From an uncultured Chloroflexia bacterium (GTDB taxonomy: Bacteria; Chloroflexota; Limnocylindria; Limnocylindrales; CSP1-4), in the NCBI GenBank assembly GCA_963748625.1, contig CAVVJT010000004.1, positions 672,001 through 736,000 on the forward strand: a stretch of DNA of 64,000 nucleotides, in the 5' to 3' direction. Below, piece by piece: positions 44,317-52,410 of the stretch. Below the pieces are notes generated by a model, which ran no database searches, was not told where the DNA came from, and worked only from the letters and a program-made list of their open reading frames with translations. The position numbers and the translations under genes are program-made. The first letter of the stretch is position 1, and each line of letters begins with the position of its first letter.

Positions 44317-45592
44317 CCACCTCGGCATCGTCGGGCGGCTCGTAGGGGGAGCTGATGCCGGTGAACTCCGGGATCTGGCCGGCCCGGGCCTTCGCGTACA
44401 GGCCCTTGCGGTCACGGGCCTCGCACACCCCGAGCGGCGTGCTCACGTGGACCAGCAGGAACCGGCCACCTTCGGCCTCGGCCATGGCACGCGCCGCCTT
44501 GCGGCCGGCATCGAAGGGGGCGATTGGCGCGGCGACCGCGAGGCCACCGTGGTGGGCCACGAGGGCGGCGACGTAGGCGATCCTGTCGATGTTGATCGCG
44601 CGGGACTCCGCATCGAAGCCCAGGCCGCGCGAGAGGTGGTGGCGGACCTCGTCACCGTCGAGCAGGGTCACCGTCCGTCCAGCCGCTTCGGCCTCGGCAG
44701 CGAACGCCTTGGCGATGGTGGACTTGCCGGAGCCCGAGAGCCCGGTGAAGAACACGACAACGCCGACCGGGCGGTTCGAGGGCCTGGCGCGCAGGATGGC
44801 CTTCGCCGCGATCGGCGGGTACAGGGCCTGGACCTCGCGTTCCAGGAGCCCGTCAAGGGCCGCGATCCGCGCCGCCTCATCGGCGGGGCGCTCGGCAGCG
44901 AGATCCACGGCTGCGGACGCGCCGTACGCTGCGGCCACGGCGACGCGGTCCAGCCGGGCGCCGGCCGGCCACGGTACGACCACCAGCTCCACGCCGGCCA
45001 GGGCGGTCACCACCATCCAGGCCCCAGTGACGGCCGCCGCGCCTGGTCGGCCAGCGGGCTCCGACCGCGACACGAGGACGAGGAGACGGACCCGATCACC
45101 CGATCGCGCACGCTGCTCCAGGCGCTGCTGGTCGCCGCGCGTGGGCAGCGAATCGACGACGGCCGCGGTCCACAGGTCGCGGTCGCGGGCACGGACGACC
45201 GCGGCGGCGACGCGGTGCTCGGGCGCCCAATGCGGGCCCGGTGCCTCGGCAAAGGGTCGCAGCGCACGTGCATCCCCGTCGTCGGTGACGAGCGCGAGGG
45301 GCGTGTTCTCGGCGTCCGTGAGCACCTCACCCGGGCGCCACGGGCGCTCCGCGTCACCCGGGAGGCCGCCGCCCAGCGCCAGCTCGAGGAGATCGAGATG
45401 GTCTGCTGGAAGCACGCGATGCGGATGGCTCGCGAGCGATGCGAGATCGATGACGGCCTCGGTCGGGTCCGCCACCTCGGCCGGGTCCGCCACCTCGGCC
45501 GGGTCCGCCACCTCGGCCGGGTCGATGGGTCCGGTGCCATCGTCGTGCACGGGTTCGTCGCCCGTTGCCTTGAGGGGCTCCTCTGCGCTCAC
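44231..45592 (-). CDS. cysC: Adenylyl-sulfate kinase with a degenerate Sat-like N-terminal region
   Basis: FTGLSGSGKST, LDGDEVR, RDRKGLY, FTGISSPYEPP; about 270-aa N-terminal extension. Confidence 0.9.
   Translation of the reverse strand: MSAEEPLKATGDEPVHDDGTGPIDPAEVADPAEVADPAEVADPTEAVIDLASLASHPHRVLPADHLDLLELALGGGLPGDAERPWRPGEVLTDAENTPLALVTDDGDARALRPFAEAPGPHWAPEHRVAAAVVRARDRDLWTAAVVDSLPTRGDQQRLEQRARSGDRVRLLVLVSRSEPAGRPGAAAVTGAWMVVTALAGVELVVVPWPAGARLDRVAVAAAYGASAAVDLAAERPADEAARIAALDGLLEREVQALYPPIAAKAILRARPSNRPVGVVVFFTGLSGSGKSTIAKAFAAEAEAAGRTVTLLDGDEVRHHLSRGLGFDAESRAINIDRIAYVAALVAHHGGLAVAAPIAPFDAGRKAARAMAEAEGGRFLLVHVSTPLGVCEARDRKGLYAKARAGQIPEFTGISSPYEPPDDAEVVIDASTVSIADGAARVRAALDALVADRA
45465..45522. 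repeat. 18-bp in-frame tandem repeat x3 (DPAEVA) in the cysC N-terminus
   Basis: GGGTCCGCCACCTCGGCC x3. Confidence 0.85.
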
Positions 45593-46581
45593 CCCGCCTC
45601 CTCCATGTCCAGGGGCACCGGCTCGGCCACCAGCACGCCGCCAGGAGGTGCGCTCACCGACTCCGTAGCCGGCTTGGGCGGGCGGGCCTGGGCGAGCTCC
45701 TTCGTGTAGCGGCGGATCACGATCCACAGCATGCTGCCCCCGACCAGCGCCATGACCGCCGCCGCGAGCACCCACTCGTTGGGCACGTCGAGCAGCCTGA
45801 GGCCCGACGCGAGCAGCAGGATGGCCAGCGCCCGCCGGATGATGCCGCCTGGCGCCCGGCTCGAGATCTGGGCCCCGAACCAGGCTCCGGGCACGGCACC
45901 CAGCAGCAGCGATGCCGCGACGGTGATCGAGAAGTCCCCGAACATCAGGTGGCCAAGGGCGGCGGCGGCGACCAGCGGGATCGCCTGGGCGAGATCAGTG
46001 CCCACCAGCTGGGACGCCTTGAGGGCCGGATACATCATCAGCAGGACCACGATGATGATCGATCCGGCGCCCACCGACGTCATCCCGACCATGAACCCTG
46101 CAACCGCGCCCAGGACCACCGTGGGGATGGGCTTCACGACCAGGACCGGCTTCGTCATCCGGACCGCCCCCTCGCCCAGGGGCAGGTTGCTGCGGTACAT
46201 CTGGATCATCGCCCGGGCCACGAGGCCGCTCGCCGCGACCAGCAGCGCGACGCCCAGGATGCCCTTGAGCAGCGACTCGATGTCCACGCCTTCGGGCACC
46301 TGGCTGACCGCCCACGCGCCCAGGAACGCGGCCGGCATCGACCCGACGCAGAGCCACGCCACCAGCGAGAGATTGACCGTGCCACGCCGCAGGTGGACGA
46401 AGGCCCCAACCGGCTTCATGAGCAGGCTCACGACGATGTCGGACGAGATCGCCGTCAGCGGGTTGACGTTGAAGAAGAACACGAGCATCGGGGTCATGAG
46501 GGCGCCGCCGCCCATGCCCGTCAGGCCCACGACGGTGCCCACCAGGAGCCCGCCGATGGCGAGCGGGACGTCTATCTCCAC
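45589..46581 (-). CDS. TauE/SafE (TSUP) sulfite/sulfate-type transporter
   Basis: VGLTGMGGGALMTP, TSVGAGS, LVGTDL. Confidence 0.9.
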   Translation of the reverse strand: MEIDVPLAIGGLLVGTVVGLTGMGGGALMTPMLVFFFNVNPLTAISSDIVVSLLMKPVGAFVHLRRGTVNLSLVAWLCVGSMPAAFLGAWAVSQVPEGVDIESLLKGILGVALLVAASGLVARAMIQMYRSNLPLGEGAVRMTKPVLVVKPIPTVVLGAVAGFMVGMTSVGAGSIIIVVLLMMYPALKASQLVGTDLAQAIPLVAAAALGHLMFGDFSITVAASLLLGAVPGAWFGAQISSRAPGGIIRRALAILLLASGLRLLDVPNEWVLAAAVMALVGGSMLWIVIRRYTKELAQARPPKPATESVSAPPGGVLVAEPVPLDMEEAG

Positions 46582-46728
46582 GGGTGCGCAAGGCGTCCGT
46601 GGCGGGCGGGCGGGGTGCAAAGCATGCGGCGATGATAACGTCGCACCCTGCCGGGACGACGTGGCCGCGTGAGCGGACCGGTCATTCCCAGCGTGTACGC
46701 GCGCTCGACCCCCGCCGCAAGGACCCGC

Positions 46729-47610
46729 ATGACTGACCGCTCCACCAGCCCCACCGTCGCCCTGGCGATTCCCGGCCCGGACCTCCCGGCCGACGACGCG
46801 GCACTCGCGGCGGCCCTGGCGACTGCGGCAGGTGAGATCCTCAACGGCCTGCGCAGGCGCGTGGACGCCGGCGGGTTCGACGGCGATCAGCGTGCTCTCA
46901 AGGATGCCGGCGACGCCGCCGCCCAGGCCTGCCTGGCGGACCTGCTCGCGCGCGCCCGGCCCGCCGACGCCGTGCTCAGCGAGGAGGCGAAGGACGATCC
47001 GCGCCGCCTCGAGGCCAACCGCGTATGGATCATCGACCCGCTTGACGGCACCCGTGAGTTCTCCGAGCGCGCGGCCGACGGAGCAGGCTGGCGTGATGAC
47101 TTCGCGGTGCACGTCGCCCTGTGGGCCCGGGGCCGCGGCCTCATCGCAGGGGCCGTTGGTCTGCCGGCCCGGGGTCTTGTGCGCCGCACCGATGCGCCGC
47201 CCGTCGTGGCGGTCGAGCCGCTGCGCGAGGTCCTGGACGGGCGCCGTCCCCTCCGCCTCGCCGTGTCGCGGACCCGGCCGCCCGCGGTGGCTGCGCGGCT
47301 CGGGGAGCGGCCGGACGTGGAGCTCGTACCCATGGGCTCCAACGGCGTCAAGGTCATGGCCGTCCTCGACGGCACCGCCGACGCCTATGTCCATGCCGGC
47401 GGCCAGTACGAGTGGGACTCCGCGGCGCCGGTCGCCGTCGCCACTGCTGCGGGCCTCGTCGCCACCCGGATCGACGGATCCCCCCTCGTCTACAACCAGC
47501 CCGACCCCTGGTCGCCCGACCTCGCGGTCTGCCACCCCGTGCTCGTCGAGCACCTGCACCGCCTCCTGGCGGAGGCAGGCATCGGCGACGAGCCAGGAGC
47601 CCCCACGTGA
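46729..47610 (+). CDS. cysQ: 3'(2'),5'-bisphosphate (PAP) nucleotidase
   Basis: VLSEE, WIIDPLDGTREF, YEWDSAAP. Confidence 0.92.
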   Translation: MTDRSTSPTVALAIPGPDLPADDAALAAALATAAGEILNGLRRRVDAGGFDGDQRALKDAGDAAAQACLADLLARARPADAVLSEEAKDDPRRLEANRVWIIDPLDGTREFSERAADGAGWRDDFAVHVALWARGRGLIAGAVGLPARGLVRRTDAPPVVAVEPLREVLDGRRPLRLAVSRTRPPAVAARLGERPDVELVPMGSNGVKVMAVLDGTADAYVHAGGQYEWDSAAPVAVATAAGLVATRIDGSPLVYNQPDPWSPDLAVCHPVLVEHLHRLLAEAGIGDEPGAPT

Positions 47611-48515
47611 GCACGCCTGTCCTGACCCTGAGCCAGCTCCGCGCCCTGGAGGCGGAGAGCATCCACATCTTCCGCGAGGTCGCCGCCGAGATGCAGCGCC
47701 CCTGCCTGCTCTTCTCGGGCGGCAAGGACTCCATCGTGATGCTGCACATCGCGCGCAAGGCGTTCCACCCGGCGCGGATCCCGTTCCCCGTGATGCACGT
47801 GGACACGGGCCTCAACTTCCCCGACATCCTCGCCTTCCGCGACCGCTGGATCGAGAAGCTGGGCCTGACCCTGGTGGTCGCGTCCGTGCCCGAGGCCATC
47901 GAGCGCGGCCTGGTCCGCGAGGAGCCCAACGGCTCGCGCAACCGGATCCAGACGCCGGTGCTGCTCGACGCGATCGAGCGCCACAAGTTCGACGCCTGCT
48001 TCGGCGGCGGCCGACGCGACGAGGAGAAGGCGCGCGCCAAGGAGCGCGTCTTCAGCTTCCGTGACGAGTTCGGCCAGTGGGACCCCAAGAACCAGCGACC
48101 CGAGCTGTGGAACCTCTACAACGGCCGGGTCCACATGGGCCAGTCGATCCGCGTGTTCCCGCTGTCGAACTGGACCGAGCTGGACATCTGGACGTATATC
48201 CGCGAGGAGCAGATCGAGATCCCTGATCTCTACTTCGCCAAGGAGCGTGAGGTCGCCGAGCGCGACGGGATGCTCTACGCGGTCAACGAGTTCACGCCCC
48301 TGCGCGAGGGCCAGCAGGCCCAGCGGATCATGTGCCGCTACCGCACCGTCGGTGATGCCAACCTCACCGCCGCGGTGATCTCGGAGGCCGACACCATCGA
48401 CAAGATCGTCGAGGAGATCGAGACCGTCCGGATCACCGAGCGGGGGGCCACCCGCGGCGACGACAAGACCAGCGAGACCTCGATGGAAGACCGCAAGAAG
48501 GAGGGGTACTTCTAG
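47607..48515 (+). CDS. cysD: Sulfate adenylyltransferase subunit 2
   Basis: LFSGGKDS, GGGRRDEEKARAKER, WDPKNQRPELW, MEDRKKEGYF. Confidence 0.97.
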   Translation: MSTPVLTLSQLRALEAESIHIFREVAAEMQRPCLLFSGGKDSIVMLHIARKAFHPARIPFPVMHVDTGLNFPDILAFRDRWIEKLGLTLVVASVPEAIERGLVREEPNGSRNRIQTPVLLDAIERHKFDACFGGGRRDEEKARAKERVFSFRDEFGQWDPKNQRPELWNLYNGRVHMGQSIRVFPLSNWTELDIWTYIREEQIEIPDLYFAKEREVAERDGMLYAVNEFTPLREGQQAQRIMCRYRTVGDANLTAAVISEADTIDKIVEEIETVRITERGATRGDDKTSETSMEDRKKEGYF

Positions 48516-49781
48516 ATGTCGGACCTCCTCCGCTTCGCCACTGCCGGCTCCGTCGACGACGGCAAGTCCACGCTGATCGGGCGGCTGCTGTACGACAGCA
48601 AGTCCCTCTTCTCCGACCAGCTCGAGGCCGTCGAGCGCGTGTCACGGGACCGCGGCAACGACTACACGGACCTGGCCCTCCTGACCGACGGCCTGCGCGC
48701 CGAGCGCGAGCAGGGCATCACCATCGACGTCGCCTACCGCTACTTCGCGACGCCGCGCCGCAAGTTCATCATCGCGGACACCCCCGGCCACACCCAGTAC
48801 ACCCGGAACATGGTGACCGGCGCGTCCACCGCGGATGTCGCGCTGATCCTGCTCGACGCCCGCAAGGGCATCACCGAGCAGAGCCGCCGCCACGCGTTCC
48901 TGGCCACCCTCCTGGGCGTGCCGCACGTGGTGGTCTGCGTGAACAAGATGGACCTCGTGGACTACGACGAGGCGGTCTTCGACGCCATCTCCGCGGAGTT
49001 CGGCGAGTTCGCCACGCGCCTGCGCGTCCGCGACCTGTCGTTCATCCCGGTGTCGGCGCTCAAAGGCGACAACGTCGTCCTGCGCTCGGACAACATGCCC
49101 TGGTACGACGGCACCACGCTCCTCTCGCACCTCGAGCGCCTGCACGTCGCGTCGGACCGCAACTTCGTGGACGTCCGCTTCCCGGTCCAGTACGTGGTCC
49201 GGCCGCAGTCCTTCGACGTCATCGACTACCGCGGCTACGCGGGCACGGTGGCGTCGGGCGTGCTCAAGCCGGGCGACCGGGTCGTGGCGCTGCCCTCGGG
49301 CCTGGAGAGCACGATCGCGTCGATCCACACCGCCGACGGCGAGGTGGACGAGGCGTACGCGCCGATGGCCGTGACCATCACGCTGGCCGACGAGCTCGAC
49401 ATCAGCCGGGGCGACATGCTCTGCCGGCCGCACAACATGCCGACGGTGTCCCAGGACATCGATGCGCAGGTGTGCTGGATGGACGAGAGCGTCACGCTGG
49501 GGGTCGGGAAGAAGTACGGGATCAAGCACACGACCCGCTGGGCGCGCGCGATGGTCAAGGAGCTCGACTACCGGATCGACGTGAACACGCTCCACCGGGA
49601 CGAGACCGCGACCGAGCTCAGCCTCAACGAGATCGGCCGCGTCAAGCTCCGCGTGACCCAGCCGCTGTTCGTGGACCCGTACCAGCAGAACCGCCTCACG
49701 GGCTCGTTCATCCTGGTGGACGAGAGCTCGAACAAGACGGTCGCCGCGGGCATGATCGGGCGGACCCAGCCGGGCGGCTGA
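48516..49781 (+). CDS. cysN: Sulfate adenylyltransferase subunit 1 (GTPase), not fused to CysC
   Basis: GSVDDGKST, EREQGITIDVAY, DTPGH, NKMD. Confidence 0.97.
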   Translation: MSDLLRFATAGSVDDGKSTLIGRLLYDSKSLFSDQLEAVERVSRDRGNDYTDLALLTDGLRAEREQGITIDVAYRYFATPRRKFIIADTPGHTQYTRNMVTGASTADVALILLDARKGITEQSRRHAFLATLLGVPHVVVCVNKMDLVDYDEAVFDAISAEFGEFATRLRVRDLSFIPVSALKGDNVVLRSDNMPWYDGTTLLSHLERLHVASDRNFVDVRFPVQYVVRPQSFDVIDYRGYAGTVASGVLKPGDRVVALPSGLESTIASIHTADGEVDEAYAPMAVTITLADELDISRGDMLCRPHNMPTVSQDIDAQVCWMDESVTLGVGKKYGIKHTTRWARAMVKELDYRIDVNTLHRDETATELSLNEIGRVKLRVTQPLFVDPYQQNRLTGSFILVDESSNKTVAAGMIGRTQPGG

Positions 49782-49786
49782 TCGCC

Positions 49787-49996
49787 CGGGTCACGGCTCC
49801 GCGCGGAGCGTTGACCCGCGTCCGCTCCCTGGCACGGGCGCTGACCCGGCCCCGAGTCACCCGGCGGGGTCTCCTGCACGGGTCGTACGCGCAACTCGAG
49901 TTGCGCGTACATCCGCCGCACGCACCAGCCGCTGGTGACCCCCACCCGAGTCGGCAGCGCTGCACCTTCCCGGCGTCGGAGCCAGGAAGCCGACCC
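49787..49996. repeat. Cluster of palindromes/hairpins including a perfect 26-bp palindrome
   Basis: GTACGCGCAACTC|GAGTTGCGCGTAC at 49885-49910; neighbouring hairpins closed by GGGTC/GACCC-like arms. Confidence 0.75.
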
Positions 49997-51241
49997 CTAC
50001 AGGCGCGCCCTCACCGCCCCCGCAAGCGCTCGATGGCGCGCCGTCCGCGGCAACGCGAGCCGGGTGCAATCCGCGAACGCCATGTGCGCCCGCAGCGCCT
50101 CTGCCAGCGCGTCCATGAACCCCTCGTGCTCGGCCGAGAGCGGGTCGAAGCCCTCCTCCCACCACAGGTCCACGATCCGCAGCGTGCCCGCCTTGCGGTC
50201 GATGCGCGGCTCGATCCGGCCCACGAACCGGTCCCCGAACAGCAGCGGCAGCACGTAGTAGCCCCAGCGCCGCTTCGCCTGCGGGACGTAGACCTCCCAG
50301 CGGTAGTCGAAGTCGTAGAGGCGCAAGAGCAGGTCCCGGTCCCACGCGAGCGGGTCCAGCGGCGCCAGGAACGCGACGCCGGGCGCCTCCAGCGCGACTC
50401 CGGCCTCAACCTCGGACACGCACGCCTCCAGCAGTGGGACCTCGCCAGCGACCACGAACCGCCGGCCCTTGAGCCCTTCCACGACGACCGGCGCGATCGC
50501 CCCGAGGTCCAGCAGCTCGTCGCGCAGCGCGTTCCGCTCCCCCGCCCCGCCCAGCCCGGCCCACAGCGTGTACTCCCCCGTCTCGCCGAGCAGCCCGTTG
50601 CCCCGGAACCGCGACAGGAGCTTGTGCCGCAACTGCTCGCGCTCGGGCGGGCGCTGGGCCAGCAGCGACGGAGGGAACAGCCGCTCAACCAGGTCGTAGT
50701 AGCGCCGGTTGCCCTCGCGCCGGCTGATCCCCAGGATGCCGGCCTCCCCCAGCGCCTCGAGGATGGCGCGGACCTGGTTCGTCGGCCGCCAGTACCAGTC
50801 GATGGCCGTGCGGGACTCCCAGTCGAGCGAGGACAGCGGCCCCTCCGCGCGGATCCGGGCCAGCAGCTCCTCCACCAGCGGCGCGTGGTCGTCGAAGGCG
50901 CTGCCGCGATGGCGCTCGTGCGAGCGATCCCAGGTGATCCGGTAGAACGGCAGCTCGGCCGTGGGCACCAGCGAGAGCATCTTGTTGTACGTCTCGTAGA
51001 GCACCCGGTCGTGGTAGAGCAGGTCGTCCGTCCACGCGCGCCGGTAGCCCGCGATCCGGGCGAGCAGCACCAGGTCGTGGTTGCGGCCCGCGACCTCGAG
51101 CGGGTCGAACTGGAGTGAGCCCACGCGGTCCACGACCCGCATCACCGAGGCGGGCTCGGCCGGGAGCGAGCGCGGGGGCGCCAGCAGGTGGCGGCGGGCG
51201 AGGTACCGGCGGGCCGCCGCCGCGCTGACGTGAAGGGTCAC
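49997..51241 (-). CDS. ycaQ: YcaQ/AlkZ-family (HTH_42) crosslink-repair DNA glycosylase
   Basis: LQFDP, LAPLDPLAWDR, YRWEVYVP...RRWGYYVLPLL...VGR. Confidence 0.88.
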   Translation of the reverse strand: MTLHVSAAAARRYLARRHLLAPPRSLPAEPASVMRVVDRVGSLQFDPLEVAGRNHDLVLLARIAGYRRAWTDDLLYHDRVLYETYNKMLSLVPTAELPFYRITWDRSHERHRGSAFDDHAPLVEELLARIRAEGPLSSLDWESRTAIDWYWRPTNQVRAILEALGEAGILGISRREGNRRYYDLVERLFPPSLLAQRPPEREQLRHKLLSRFRGNGLLGETGEYTLWAGLGGAGERNALRDELLDLGAIAPVVVEGLKGRRFVVAGEVPLLEACVSEVEAGVALEAPGVAFLAPLDPLAWDRDLLLRLYDFDYRWEVYVPQAKRRWGYYVLPLLFGDRFVGRIEPRIDRKAGTLRIVDLWWEEGFDPLSAEHEGFMDALAEALRAHMAFADCTRLALPRTARHRALAGAVRARL

Positions 51242-51248
51242 TGGCCCG

Positions 51249-51740
51249 CTAGTTCCCCGCGGGCATGAACTCGAGCTCCGGAAGCGCGTCCGCCTTGTAC
51301 ATGAACAGGTTCTCCCCGCGCATCTCGACGCGGTCCACCAGGGCCAGGTTCGCGAGGTACGCCGCCTCGATCGACTTGCCGGGATCCTCGCAGGCCACCT
51401 GCGTGCTGGTCACCGGACCCGTGAAGTCGATGGTGTCGCCCTCCACGGTCCAGTTCCCGCTGAAGGTGTTGCAGCCCGCGTTCCCGTTCGCGGTGCTCTC
51501 CGCGAAGACGAGCGTGGGCGTGATCGACATGGGCACGGTGAACTCAGCGCCATCGGTCGGCGAGGTGAAGCCGACCAGGAGCCAGCTGGTGCCGGCCAGC
51601 TCGATGTCCCCGGTGCCCGCGGATCCGTCGGGCGCGCTGGTGGGCGCGGGTGTCGCGGCGGCCGGGCTGCATGCGGCGAGAACCATGGCGCCAAGCAGCA
51701 GGCTGGCGGCAAGACGCGAACGCGCGATGGACTTCGGCAT
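51249..51740 (-). CDS. META-domain lipoprotein
   Basis: Lipobox LAAC; LAGTSWLL, GNAGCNTF, STQVAC. Confidence 0.85.
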   Translation of the reverse strand: MPKSIARSRLAASLLLGAMVLAACSPAAATPAPTSAPDGSAGTGDIELAGTSWLLVGFTSPTDGAEFTVPMSITPTLVFAESTANGNAGCNTFSGNWTVEGDTIDFTGPVTSTQVACEDPGKSIEAAYLANLALVDRVEMRGENLFMYKADALPELEFMPAGN

Positions 51741-51840
51741 GGGAGTGCTCCCTGGTGGCCCGGCGGGACCCGCCGACGACTCCGATCGTACCCCGCGGAT
51801 TCGAAGTGCGCGGGCGGACCAATCCAATGCACAGCCTCGC

Positions 51841-51871
51841 CCGAACAGTTCGGTACAAGCAAAGCATTTGT
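51841..51871. promoter_or_regulatory. Probable MarR operator
   Basis: CCGAAC-A-GTTCGG and CAAA-GCA-TTTG palindromes in an AT-rich patch directly upstream of marR. Confidence 0.55.
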
Positions 51872-52410
51872 CGAGACCGAAGGAGTACCCCATCACCCCT
51901 GCAACGCGCGCCGGCGCGGTCGACGAGGTCATCGCAGGCTACGAGAGGCTGATGCAGCGCCTCGCGGAAGGCCATGCCCCGGACTTCCTGGAGATCGACA
52001 TCACGATGCCCCAGGCCAAGATCCTGTACCTCCTCGGCGCCGTCGGTGACCTCCACATGTCCGAGCTCGTGGGGCGCCTCGGCGTGTCGCTGTCCACGGT
52101 CAGCGGCCTCGTCGAGCGGATCGTGGACCACGGGCTCGCCACCCGCCGGGACGATCCCGCCGACCGCCGCCAGGTGGTAGTAGCCCTGACCCCCGCCGGT
52201 ATCGACTTCATCGACCGCTTCCGTGAGCTGAACGCACGCCAGATGCGCGAGCTGGTTGCCGTCCTCGGTGACGAGGACCTGGAGCTCGTCCGCCTCGCGC
52301 TCGCCGCCCTCAGCCGGGCCGCCACCCGCGTCGTGTCCGACGACCCCGCCACCGACCGCCCCGCCGCCCCCACAGCGCGCCCCGCCGCCACCCGAAAGGA
52401 TCCCGCATGA
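51868..52410 (+). CDS. MarR-family regulator (start TTG 51868 or ATC 51892)
   Basis: ITMPQAKIL, MSELVGRLGVSLSTVSGLVERI, DPADRR, LTPAG; ATGA overlap with the RND gene. Confidence 0.9.
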   Translation: MSRPKEYPITPATRAGAVDEVIAGYERLMQRLAEGHAPDFLEIDITMPQAKILYLLGAVGDLHMSELVGRLGVSLSTVSGLVERIVDHGLATRRDDPADRRQVVVALTPAGIDFIDRFRELNARQMRELVAVLGDEDLELVRLALAALSRAATRVVSDDPATDRPAAPTARPAATRKDPA

